NCBI GenBank assembly: GCA_044224715.1
Contig: JBGAJV010000014.1
Location: forward strand, 19,562-83,561
DNA: 64,000 nt
DNA from: Anaerolineales bacterium
GTDB taxonomy: Bacteria; Chloroflexota; Anaerolineae; Anaerolineales; UBA6663
Reading direction: 5' to 3'
Shown: positions 47,440 through 56,270 of the stretch, piece after piece
Layout of the letters: every line of letters starts with the position of its first letter
Position numbering within the stretch: the first letter of the stretch is position 1
Notes under the pieces: generated by a model
The model's input: only the letters and a program-made list of their open reading frames with translations
Database searches by the model: none
What the model was told of the DNA's origin: nothing
Program-made: the position numbers and the translations under genes

Positions 47440-48459
47440 CTACGATTTCCTCGAAGCCGCCTCGAGATGGCCGGCGCGAACGGCCGAGATGGCGATGTTG
47501 CCGACGATCTCGGAGATCGGCGCGCCGCGCGAGCAGTCGCACACGATCTTTTTGAAGCCCTGCAGCATCGGCCCATACGCATCGGCCTGCGCGAACTGTT
47601 GGACCAGCTTCACGCCGATGTTGCCGACGTTCAGGTCTGGCCAGATGATGATGTTGGCGCGGCCTGCCACGCGGCTCTCGCGCTTGACTTTCTTGGCAGC
47701 GACCGCGGGGTTGATCGCGGCGTCCAGCTGGAACTCGCCGTCGATCGCCAGGTCTGGCCGGCGCTCGTTGGCGATCTTCAATGCGTCGAAGACCTTGTCG
47801 ACCAGCGGGCCGTTGCCGCTGCCACAGGTCGAATACGACAGCAACGCGCAACGTGGCTCCCAGCCGAGCAGGCCTTGCAAGGTGTCGCAGGCCGCGATCG
47901 CGATGCTGGCGAGTTGCTCGGCATCCGGGTTGGTGCAGACGGCGCTATCGCCGAACGCGAGGAGCGTGCCTTCCGAGCCGGCGAAGCCTGGGATATTGAA
48001 GATGCCGAGGCTCGAGATCGTGCTGATGTTGTCGGCCAGGCCGATCAGGGTCTGGCCGGCCAGGATGACTTCCTCGGTCGTGGTCTCGATGCCCGCGAAC
48101 GTGCAGGCGACGTCGCCGACCGCCTCCATGGCCATCGCGAAGTAGAGCGGGTTCGGCATGCGCCTCCCGAGCGACTTCGCGCTGAGGAGCGCGCCCGGCA
48201 GGGCGACGTACCGCGCGATGATCGAGTCGCGGTAGGCCGCATCCTGAATGTCGACGTAGGTGAAGACGCCGCTGTCCAGGCCACGCTGGGCGCAGAGTTC
48301 CTTGAGCGCCGCCGGGTCGCCCACCAGGACCGGCACGATGTAGCCCTGGCTGCCCGCCTCGTGGGCGGCCCGCATCATCTTTTCGTTCGAGGCCTCGGGA
48401 AACGCCACGCACTGCGGGTCGGCCTTGGCTCGGGCATACACAAAGTCCAGGATGTTCAT
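47440..48459 (-). CDS. ptb: Phosphate butyryl/acyltransferase (PTA_PTB family), intact copy
   Basis: 339 aa, MNILDFVYARAKADPQCVAFPEASNEKMMRAA... It has PTA_PTB family length and lies next to buk. Confidence 0.85.
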   Translation of the reverse strand: MNILDFVYARAKADPQCVAFPEASNEKMMRAAHEAGSQGYIVPVLVGDPAALKELCAQRGLDSGVFTYVDIQDAAYRDSIIARYVALPGALLSAKSLGRRMPNPLYFAMAMEAVGDVACTFAGIETTTEEVILAGQTLIGLADNISTISSLGIFNIPGFAGSEGTLLAFGDSAVCTNPDAEQLASIAIAACDTLQGLLGWEPRCALLSYSTCGSGNGPLVDKVFDALKIANERRPDLAIDGEFQLDAAINPAVAAKKVKRESRVAGRANIIIWPDLNVGNIGVKLVQQFAQADAYGPMLQGFKKIVCDCSRGAPISEIVGNIAISAVRAGHLEAASRKS

Positions 48460-48537
48460 CTGCCCCTCCGGGCTGCCTCGGCCCGCGCAGTTCGGCGGGT
48501 GGGGCAGTCGGGTTGTGTGAGTGTGACGGTCGGCGCC

Positions 48538-48763
48538 TTATTCGATCCGGGCGCAGACCTCGTCCACCATGTCGCCGATCGTCTTCATCTTGCTGGCTTC
48601 AGGCAGCGGGATGAGCACGTCGAGTTCGTTCTCGACCGTGGAGACCAGGGCGACCATCAGCAGGGACTTCGACGACAGCTCTTCGACGATCCGCGTGTCA
48701 CGGCTCAGGGCGGCGACGTCCTTCTTGTAGGTCATCGCAAAACACTGCAGGACCTTGGCTTCG
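48538..48763 (-). pseudogene. 3' fragment of the ACP gene (duplication remnant)
   Basis: Identical to 49978-50203 except for one substitution. It lacks the first 8 codons. Homology stops at 48763/48764, where buk-derived sequence begins. Confidence 0.8.
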
Positions 48764-48847
48764 CTGGAACACGATCTCGTCGCCGCGGAAGAGGCCGACC
48801 TTGGTCGAGGTTGAGCCGGGGTTGATCACAAAAATCGTCTCTGCCAT
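48764..48847 (-). pseudogene. 5' fragment of buk (first ~28 codons; duplication remnant)
   Basis: Encodes MAETIFVINPGSTSTKVGLFRGDEIVFQ, then runs out of frame into the ACP fragment. Homologous to 47239-47322 with several substitutions. Confidence 0.8.
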
Positions 48848-48870
48848 CACGACACTCCGGTCATGTGTTT

Positions 48871-48954
48871 GTACGCGGATCACGCGGGTCACGCGGATGA
48901 AGGCCGATGACGCGGATTCCGTGTGATCCGCTTTCATCCGCGTGATCCGCGTAC
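48871..48954. repeat. Sub-repeat-built palindromic element (CGCGGAT type)
   Basis: gtacgcggatcacgcgggtcacgcggatgaa ... ttcatccgcgtgatccgcgtac. It occupies the position that the CACGGAT-type element holds in the other duplication unit. Confidence 0.8.
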
Positions 48955-48964
48955 AAAATCACCC

Positions 48965-49899
48965 TCATCCCTTAGAAACCGCCTCGAGATGGCCGGCGCG
49001 AACGGCCGAGATGGCGATGTTGCCGACGATCTCGGAGATCGGCGCGCCGCGCGAGCAGTCGCACACGATCTTTTTGAAGCCCTGCAGCATCGGCCCGTAC
49101 GCATCGGCATGCGCGAACTGTTGGACCAGCTTCACGCCGATGTTGCCGACGTTCAGGTCCGGCCAGATGATGATGTTGGCGCGGCCCGCGACGCGGCTCT
49201 CGCGCTTGACTTTCTTGGCAGCGACCGCGGGGTTGATCGCGGCGTCGAGCTGGAACTCGCCGTCGATCGCGAGGTCCGGCCGGCGTTCGTTGGCGATCTT
49301 CAGCGCCTCGAGCACCTTGTCGACCAGCGGGCCGTTGCCGCTGCCAGAGGTCGAATACGACAGCAACGCGCAGCGCGGCTCCCAGCCGAGCAGGCCCTGC
49401 AGGGTGTCGCAGGCCGCGATCGCGATGCTGGCCAGCTGCTCGGCGTCCGGGTTGGTGCAGACCGCGCTGTCGCCGAAGCCGAGCAGCGTGCCCTCGGAGC
49501 CTTCGAAGCCCGGGATGTTGAAGATGCCGAGGCTCGAGATCGTGCTGATGTTGTCGGCCAGGCCGATCAGGGTCTGGCCGGCCAGGATGACTTCTTCGGT
49601 CGTGGTCTCGATGCCCGCGAATGTGCAGGCGACGTCGCCGACCGCCTCCATGGCCATCGCGAAGTAGAGCGGGTTCGGCATGCGGGAATGTCGACGTAGG
49701 TGAAGACGCCGCTGTCCAGGCCACGCTGGGCGCAGAGTTCCTTGAGCGCCGCCGGGTCGCCCACCAGGACCGGCACGATGTAGCCCTGGCTGCCCGCCTC
49801 GTGGGCGGCCCGCATCATCTTTTCGTTCGAGGCCTCGGGAAACGCCACGCACTGCGGGTCGGCCTTGGCTCGGGCATACACAAAGTCCAGGATGTTCAT
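48965..49899 (-). pseudogene. Phosphate butyryltransferase copy disrupted by an 82-nt net deletion
   Basis: The N-terminal 70 codons equal the intact copy. 83 nt (48163-48245 in the intact copy) are replaced by a single g at 49685. This shifts the frame and splits the gene into ORFs 49567-49899 and 48965-49852. Confidence 0.8.
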
Positions 49900-49977
49900 C
49901 TGCCCCTCCGGGCTGCCTCGGCCCGCGCAGTTCGGCGGGTGGGGCAGTCGGGTTGTGTGAGTGTGACGGTCGGTGCC

Positions 49978-50229
49978 TTATTCGATCCGGGCGCAGACCT
50001 CGTCCACCATGTCGCCGATCGTCTTCATCTTGCTGGCTTCAGGCAGCGGGATGAGCACGTCGAGCTCGTTCTCGACCGTGGAGACCAGGGCGACCATCAG
50101 CAGGGACTTCGACGACAGCTCTTCGACGATCCGCGTGTCACGGCTCAGGGCGGCGACGTCCTTCTTGTAGGTCATCGCAAAACACTGCAGGACCTTGGCT
50201 TCGATGGCTTGCTTGTCCATGAGGGTCAT
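49978..50229 (-). CDS. Acyl carrier protein (83 aa)
   Basis: Four-helix ACP pattern with the candidate phosphopantetheine serine in EELSSKSLLMVALVSTVENEL. The start overlaps the DUF35 stop by 4 nt. Confidence 0.7.
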   Translation of the reverse strand: MTLMDKQAIEAKVLQCFAMTYKKDVAALSRDTRIVEELSSKSLLMVALVSTVENELDVLIPLPEASKMKTIGDMVDEVCARIE

Positions 50230-50630
50230 TCCTTCACGAGGTCGAACACGACGGTCTTGTACCCGTCCTTCTGGACGATGCGGGCCTTGATCGGCACGGG
50301 CAGGCGGGGCACGATGTCTTTCTTGGTCTTCTTGGTGACGCCGCAGACGATGGCGTTGAACTTCGCGCCCTCTTCGAGCTCGACGCAGCCGTAGCAGTAC
50401 GGCTGCAGGAATTCGTTATCAGGCCGGGTCGACATCACGCCGGGCAGGACGAAGTCGAACATCGTGGCCTTGCCGCTGATCTCCACCCATTCCATGTCGG
50501 TGCAGGAGCAGCCATTGCAGGCGATGACCGGCGGGAACTCGACGACGCCGCAGCGCTTGCACTTGCGCCCCATCATTTTTCCCTCTTCGAGGGACGTGTA
50601 AAACCGCTTGACGATAGGTTCCATGTTCAT
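50226..50630 (-). CDS. DUF35 Zn-ribbon / OB-fold protein (thiolase partner)
   Basis: CKRCGVVEFPPVIACNGCSC rubredoxin-like ribbon followed by an OB-fold. Lies immediately downstream of the thiolase-like gene. Confidence 0.8.
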   Translation of the reverse strand: MNMEPIVKRFYTSLEEGKMMGRKCKRCGVVEFPPVIACNGCSCTDMEWVEISGKATMFDFVLPGVMSTRPDNEFLQPYCYGCVELEEGAKFNAIVCGVTKKTKKDIVPRLPVPIKARIVQKDGYKTVVFDLVKE

Positions 50631-50643
50631 GATGTCGCCTCGC

Positions 50644-51924
50644 TCAATTCAGCGCGCCGAGGATGATGGCCGCCAGGTTCTGGCCGCCGCCGAAGCCGCG
50701 CAGCATCGTGTGCTTCGGAAGCTTCTTGACCTGCCGCTCGCCGGCCAGGCCGCGCATCTGCTGGACGGCTTCGAAGATGTCGGCCATGCCGGAGGCCGCG
50801 TGTGCGTGCCCGAAGGAGGCGCGGCCGCCGTTGGTGTTGATCGGGCGGTCGCCGTCGTAGGCCGTGCGCCCGTCCATGATGTACTTCCAGCCCTCGCCCT
50901 TGGGCAGATAGCCCGCGATCTCGGCCGCGATCAGGTGCGAGGTGATGATGAAGTCGTTGGCGTAGAAGAGGTCGATGTCGCTCGGCGTCAGGCCGGTCAC
51001 CTCGTAGGCCTGACGGACCGCTTCCTCCGTGCCGCGCATCTCGAGATGGGCCTGCGACCCTTCGAGCGCGGCGTTGCCGATGCCCAGCACTTCGATGGGT
51101 GTGCCCTTGAAGTCTTTGGCCATCTCGGTCGGGCAGACGATAACGGCGGCGGCGCCGTCGCACTTCGTCTCGAAGCCGCTGATACGCAGGTACTCCGATA
51201 GCTTGGGGTTGAAGGGCGAGCGCATGAACGCCATCACATCGTCGAACCCGTTCTCTTTGGCGAGGTCCTTGAACTCGGTGCGATTGATCGCCAGCGGGCA
51301 CTTCGCCGCGTTGCGCCGGTTGTTGATGGCCGCCGCGTTGAGGATGTCGTCCATCTTCTCGTCGGTCAGGCCGTAGGCGTGGGTGTACCAGGCTGCGACG
51401 TCGTCGAACGCGATCATGGGGCCGGCGGCCAGCGGCCGGCTGTAAGCCCTGTCGTAGATCAGCTTGGTCGAGACGATGAACTCTTCGAACGAGAACTTGC
51501 GACGCATGTGCGCCGGCATGTTGGCGACGGGCAGGCTGTCGGCCAGATCGACACAGCCCGAGAGCACGACGTCGAACTTGCCCGAGGCCACCGCGTTGAC
51601 CGCCAGATCCAGCGCCAGATACCCCGAGCAACAGGCCTCGGAGTGGTGGGCCGAGCCTTTGCCGCGCATGCCGAACCAGTCGGCGACCTGCATGTTGGGC
51701 GTGATGTAATCCGAGCCCATGTAGGGGTTGGCCTGGGTGTGGAAATAGAAGTCGACGTCCTTGGCTTCGACGCCGGCGTCTTCCATCGCCGCAAGGGAGG
51801 CGTAGCCAAAGACCTCGCCTTCCGACAAGCCCTCAGTCGCAGGGTTGTCCAGGAAGTTCATGAAGGGCGTGCAACCCACGCCGATGATGGATACGCTTCT
51901 GCTGTACTTGCCCAGTTTGACCAT
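50644..51924 (-). CDS. SCP-x-type thiolase-like protein
   Basis: ATG at 51924 with an AGGAG RBS. VSIIGVGCTPF, nucleophile block EACCSGY, and C-terminal NTNGG and GHAHAASG blocks. Confidence 0.8.
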   Translation of the reverse strand: MVKLGKYSRSVSIIGVGCTPFMNFLDNPATEGLSEGEVFGYASLAAMEDAGVEAKDVDFYFHTQANPYMGSDYITPNMQVADWFGMRGKGSAHHSEACCSGYLALDLAVNAVASGKFDVVLSGCVDLADSLPVANMPAHMRRKFSFEEFIVSTKLIYDRAYSRPLAAGPMIAFDDVAAWYTHAYGLTDEKMDDILNAAAINNRRNAAKCPLAINRTEFKDLAKENGFDDVMAFMRSPFNPKLSEYLRISGFETKCDGAAAVIVCPTEMAKDFKGTPIEVLGIGNAALEGSQAHLEMRGTEEAVRQAYEVTGLTPSDIDLFYANDFIITSHLIAAEIAGYLPKGEGWKYIMDGRTAYDGDRPINTNGGRASFGHAHAASGMADIFEAVQQMRGLAGERQVKKLPKHTMLRGFGGGQNLAAIILGALN

Positions 51925-52302
51925 AGCGTGTCTCCTTTCAAGACAACTGCTCGTCATCCGGTTGTTTGGCGCGGGCCGTGATCCTGCCGTCGACCGTCGC
52001 TGGCCGGAAAACCCCGTCAGAGAGGAGGGCGACGAGGGTCGAAAATACGACCGCTCTTGTGCTGATTTACAAACGCTACCTCTGGCTGTTGGCCGAGGAT
52101 TGACCCGAAAACCAGGCAAAGCCCGGGTTCGGTCACCCAAACGCTTGCTTTTCGATGATAAGCCGCTTGAATGACATCGTTTTTGTGAGCCCACCCAAAA
52201 TAACCGCTTCTGGCCAGGGCCCCTTGTTGTGCTACAGTACAAGGGTCGCCGCGGCCGCTGGGCATCAACCGAATTCTGGAAAGATGTCAGGAGGAGCGCC
52301 AG

Positions 52303-53952
52303 ATGAAACTAACTATCGAACGAGTGATGAACCTGCTGGCGGACCTAGGGGCTGAATGGGTTCGGACCGGATCCACCCCGGTCGTCCTGAACGCGGTTGC
52401 GAACCTTCCGGCGGAAGGCGCATTGACCCAGCCCGACGTGCTGTACGTGGCCAACACCTCCGAGTTGAGCAACGACAACGCCGCGCAAGGCGTCCGGCAC
52501 CTGGTGTGTGTCGCGGATGCCGGGATACCGGATGGGCTGACGCAGCTAGACGACCTCAACCTGATCGTGCTGCCAGCCGCCGCCGATCGCGCTGCCGCGA
52601 TTCAAAGAGTGCAGGACTGGTTCGCCGCGCAGCGCCGCTTTGCTCAGGTGCGCGAAGACATTCTGGATGCGCTGTTCGCCGGCAATGGTCTGCAGGCCAT
52701 CGCCGACAAGGGTTTCGAGCTGCTCGGGAACCCCATCTTCATCAACGACACAAGCCTCAAGAGTCTGGCGCGGTCGCGCGGTGTCGTCGTCGACGACCCG
52801 ACCATGAACGCCATCATCGAACGCGGTTATCTGGATCAGCGAACGATCAACTCCCTCAGGAGCGATCGCATCCTGCGAAAGCTGGCCGACGGTGATCCGC
52901 CTTTCATCGTCAAAGAGTGGAGCGAGGCGCGGGGGATCCCGTATGCGAAATACGGCTGGCTGCAGGCCGGCGTGCGCATTCGTGGGACGTTCGTGGCCAT
53001 CCTGGCCGTCTTCGGTTGCTTTGAGCCTTACAGCGAATACGCCCTCGAGTGGGTCGAAGGACTGTGCAAACTGGCGGCGATTGAGCTTCAGAAAAGCGAG
53101 TTCTTCATTCAAACGCATGGCCTGATCTATGAAGCGTTGATCAACGACCTGCTCGAGCGACGGCTGACCGACACCAAGACGATCCAGCTCAGGCTCAAGG
53201 CGCTTGAGATTACCCTTCACCCCGATCTCTACGTGGTCGCCGTCCGCAAAGAGCGTCAGGATGCCGCCAGAGACGGCGCACATCCCATCAGCCATTCCCG
53301 GCTTCGCGAGATCCTGCCGGGCAGCATGTCGGTGGATTTCCGAGGCGACGTCGTTTTGCTGCTCAGTCGGAAGAAGGGCGCGCCGATTCTGAGCGATGAG
53401 GAACGGGCCGACCTGATCGACTATCTCGAGTCGAATAAATGGGCCGCCGGTATCAGCAACGTCTTTGCCGATCTCTCCGAGATGTCCCGGTACTATCTCC
53501 AGTCCGTGAAGTCCCTGGAGCTGGGGCGGCAGATCGACGCGGCCGGCGTGCTCCATGCATACGCGCGCTTCGCCATCTTCCACGTGCTCGAAGCTTGCGC
53601 CGGCGAGGTCGATCTACACGAGATCTGCCATCCAGGCCTGCGGCAACTGGCCGAAAGCGACGATCCGGCGGATCGTGAACTGCTGCAGACGCTCTACCTG
53701 TACCTGTCGGACCTGAAGAATCCCACGGGCGTGGCCGCTGATCTGCACATTCATCGCAACACGTTGTTCTACCGGATCAACAAGATCGAGGGCCTGCTGG
53801 GGTGCGACCTGCACCAGGGAGACGTGATCTTCGATCTGCTGTTCTCTTTCAAACTGATCCGGTATCTCGCCAGTGTAGACGCGCAGCGTGCGCCTCTCTT
53901 GGTCTCACGACAGGCTCTTCCCACGCCGACGCTGAATTCCGGCCATGCGTGA
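52303..53952 (+). CDS. PucR/CdaR-family transcriptional regulator
   Basis: C-terminal HTH LHIHRNTLFYRINKIEGLLG. Divergent from the thiolase operon. Confidence 0.8.
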   Translation: MKLTIERVMNLLADLGAEWVRTGSTPVVLNAVANLPAEGALTQPDVLYVANTSELSNDNAAQGVRHLVCVADAGIPDGLTQLDDLNLIVLPAAADRAAAIQRVQDWFAAQRRFAQVREDILDALFAGNGLQAIADKGFELLGNPIFINDTSLKSLARSRGVVVDDPTMNAIIERGYLDQRTINSLRSDRILRKLADGDPPFIVKEWSEARGIPYAKYGWLQAGVRIRGTFVAILAVFGCFEPYSEYALEWVEGLCKLAAIELQKSEFFIQTHGLIYEALINDLLERRLTDTKTIQLRLKALEITLHPDLYVVAVRKERQDAARDGAHPISHSRLREILPGSMSVDFRGDVVLLLSRKKGAPILSDEERADLIDYLESNKWAAGISNVFADLSEMSRYYLQSVKSLELGRQIDAAGVLHAYARFAIFHVLEACAGEVDLHEICHPGLRQLAESDDPADRELLQTLYLYLSDLKNPTGVAADLHIHRNTLFYRINKIEGLLGCDLHQGDVIFDLLFSFKLIRYLASVDAQRAPLLVSRQALPTPTLNSGHA

Positions 53953-53985
53953 GGGCTGGTTCGGCTGACTCGACGCTGACCGTGT

Positions 53986-54738
53986 TCAGGCGCTCTCAGG
54001 CCAGCGCCAGCGCTCGACCTGCCAGTGAAGGCCGGGCAGGGCCACGGCCGCCTGATAGTCCGTGGCAGGGGTCAGGGTCTGCACAGACCAGTTGGCCGCC
54101 TCGATCGCATCCCCCTGGATGTGCATCAATCGGGGCGGGGCGCTTGCGAAGAGCGCCACATCGAATGCGTTCAGAGGAAAACCCAATCCCTCTCCCCGCG
54201 CCTTGACGAAAGCTTCTTTGCAGGTCCAATAGCAATAAAACGCCTCGAGTTTCTGGCTCTCCTCGAGTTGATTCCAATCCGTTCGTTCCTTGGGCGAGAA
54301 GAAGCGGTTGACCAGGGTTGCCATGGCGTCAAGCGGCCGCATCCATTCGACATCGACGCCGACGTCCTGGCCATAGGCCACCGCGCACAGACCGATCTCG
54401 TGTGACCGTGACAGATTGAAGCGCACGCTGTCGCCCTGGCCTTCCGAGAGGAAGGGCTTGCCATATGGGCCGTGGTTGAACGTGAGGTGTTCAGGAGCCG
54501 TGTTCGTATATCGGCTCAGGATCTGCCTCAGCCTCCCATGGGCGACGATGTACCGTCGTCGATCCCGTTCAACGCGCAGCCGATGCGCTGTGTCTTTTTC
54601 AGAAGCTGAGAGCAGAGTCTCCAATCCCGCCGTGATCGGTTCGGGCCGGTCCAGGCCAAAGGACCAGACGTGGAGACTCGAAGGGCCCCATGCGACGTTC
54701 GTTGGGGGAGGCAGCCATCGATCGAGATCAGGCAGCAT
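53986..54738 (-). CDS. Sfp-type 4'-phosphopantetheinyl transferase
   Basis: FNLSRSHE, GVDVE and WTCKEAFVKARGEG motifs. ATG at 54738. Confidence 0.8.
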   Translation of the reverse strand: MLPDLDRWLPPPTNVAWGPSSLHVWSFGLDRPEPITAGLETLLSASEKDTAHRLRVERDRRRYIVAHGRLRQILSRYTNTAPEHLTFNHGPYGKPFLSEGQGDSVRFNLSRSHEIGLCAVAYGQDVGVDVEWMRPLDAMATLVNRFFSPKERTDWNQLEESQKLEAFYCYWTCKEAFVKARGEGLGFPLNAFDVALFASAPPRLMHIQGDAIEAANWSVQTLTPATDYQAAVALPGLHWQVERWRWPESA

Positions 54739-54899
54739 CCCCGGATCATACCTTCCCAACCCGCTTGACCTCGCCCACCCATGTGGGCCCCCTCGGACGA
54801 ACCCTGTTGTGTGGCGACACTTGCGCATGACATTTGTCCGTGAGTCGTAGTGAGGGCAAGACTTGACACACCCCAAGCACCTGCCCTACTATCCGACCA

Positions 54900-54932
54900 T
54901 CCACTATGTGGATGTATTGTCCACAAAGCGGA
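54900..54932. promoter_or_regulatory. Two copies of the 13-bp palindromic motif TCCRCWWWGYGGA upstream of the MFS gene (candidate operator)
   Basis: tccactatgtgga (54900-54912) and tccacaaagcgga (54920-54932). The same motif recurs at 59777, 62120, 62342 and 62362. Confidence 0.5.
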
Positions 54933-55039
54933 CAACCCGGCAATCAGAACATCCAGGCGTCCATAGGGACGTGTCCTGGCCGGTCGCAACCGGCCATGCA
55001 GCTCTCATTCGCTCTCTGAGGATCGATAGAAAGGCAATC

Positions 55040-56242
55040 ATGAACACGAGCGCAACGAAGAACAAAGGATTGATGGTGACGATCCTGTCCATCTCATTCC
55101 TGTTGATGCTGCGGTTGACGATCTCCCCGGCCCTCGCGGAGATCGGCAAGGCCTTCCCCGGCGTGAGCCAGGAAGCGCTGATGAACATGGTCTCGCTGGC
55201 CTCACTGGTAGCTATCCCCTTCGGGTTCCTGGCGGGCGTCCTGGCCAACCGCTTCCGGACTCGCACGCTGCTGTTCGTGGGCCTCGCCCTGTACATCGTG
55301 GGCGGCATGGGACCGATGCTGACCTCGGACTTCACCGTGATCCTGGTCTGCCGCGCGTTGCTCGGCGCTGGCACCGGCATCTTCCTGCCGTATGCGGCCG
55401 GCCTGATCGCCGACTTCTACACCGGCCAGGCGCGCGACGTCATGCTCGGCTATCAAAGCACTGCAGTGGCGCTGGGCAACATCATCACGGCGATCCTGGC
55501 GGGCGTCCTGGCGACGTTCTCGTGGCGGCTGTCGTTCCTGATCTATGCCTTCGCGATCGTGACCCTGGTCCTGGTCGTACTCAAGCTGCCCGAGCCGCAA
55601 CGCACGCAGCCGAGTGGCAAGCAGGAGAGCGGCTTCAACCGTGGCGTGGTGACGGTCTGCGTGTTGATCTTCTTCTACGCGGTCATCTACTTCGCGATCT
55701 TCGGCTACCTGTCGTTCGTCGTGGATAGCCACAAACTGGGCGATGCGGCCTCGACCGGTCTGGCCACCATGATCATGACAGTCATGTCGATGGTCAGCGG
55801 CGTGCTTTTCGCCAGGATCATCGGCCTGCTCCGCCAGTTCTCGGCTTTCGTGGCGCTGCTCCTGAACGCCGTCGGCTTCTTCCTGCTCTCGATCGCGACG
55901 GACATGAGCCTGATCTTCGCCGGCGCGGCCTTCATCGGCCTGGGGTTCGGCCTTCTGATGCCCTACGGCACGATGAAGGTCACTGACGCGGCGCCAAAAT
56001 CTGCGGCAACCTTTGCCAACGGCCTGTACATGACGTTCGTCAATCTGGGCACTGCCGCCTCGCCGACGATCCTGGTCACCATCGGGAGCGTGTTCGGAAA
56101 CCCGGATGGCCAGTTCATCTACCGGGTGTGCGCGATCGTCCTGGTCGTTGCCGCCGTCATCGCCGTCGGAGTGGCGTTTGTCGTGAATCAACGGAAGCCG
56201 GGCGCCGTGCCCGCTTCGTCCGACAAACCGGCTGCGGCATAA
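55040..56242 (+). CDS. MFS transporter
   Basis: 12 predicted TM helices. ATG at 55040 follows the motif pair. Confidence 0.8.
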   Translation: MNTSATKNKGLMVTILSISFLLMLRLTISPALAEIGKAFPGVSQEALMNMVSLASLVAIPFGFLAGVLANRFRTRTLLFVGLALYIVGGMGPMLTSDFTVILVCRALLGAGTGIFLPYAAGLIADFYTGQARDVMLGYQSTAVALGNIITAILAGVLATFSWRLSFLIYAFAIVTLVLVVLKLPEPQRTQPSGKQESGFNRGVVTVCVLIFFYAVIYFAIFGYLSFVVDSHKLGDAASTGLATMIMTVMSMVSGVLFARIIGLLRQFSAFVALLLNAVGFFLLSIATDMSLIFAGAAFIGLGFGLLMPYGTMKVTDAAPKSAATFANGLYMTFVNLGTAASPTILVTIGSVFGNPDGQFIYRVCAIVLVVAAVIAVGVAFVVNQRKPGAVPASSDKPAAA

Positions 56243-56270
56243 GCGAAGTCGTCAATATAGGAGAGACATC

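Noticed and set aside
48698-48937. 79-aa ORF spanning the duplication junction
   Set aside because: It is a chimeric reading frame: repeat element, then the buk 5' fragment, then out-of-frame ACP sequence. It is a by-product of the duplication, not a gene.
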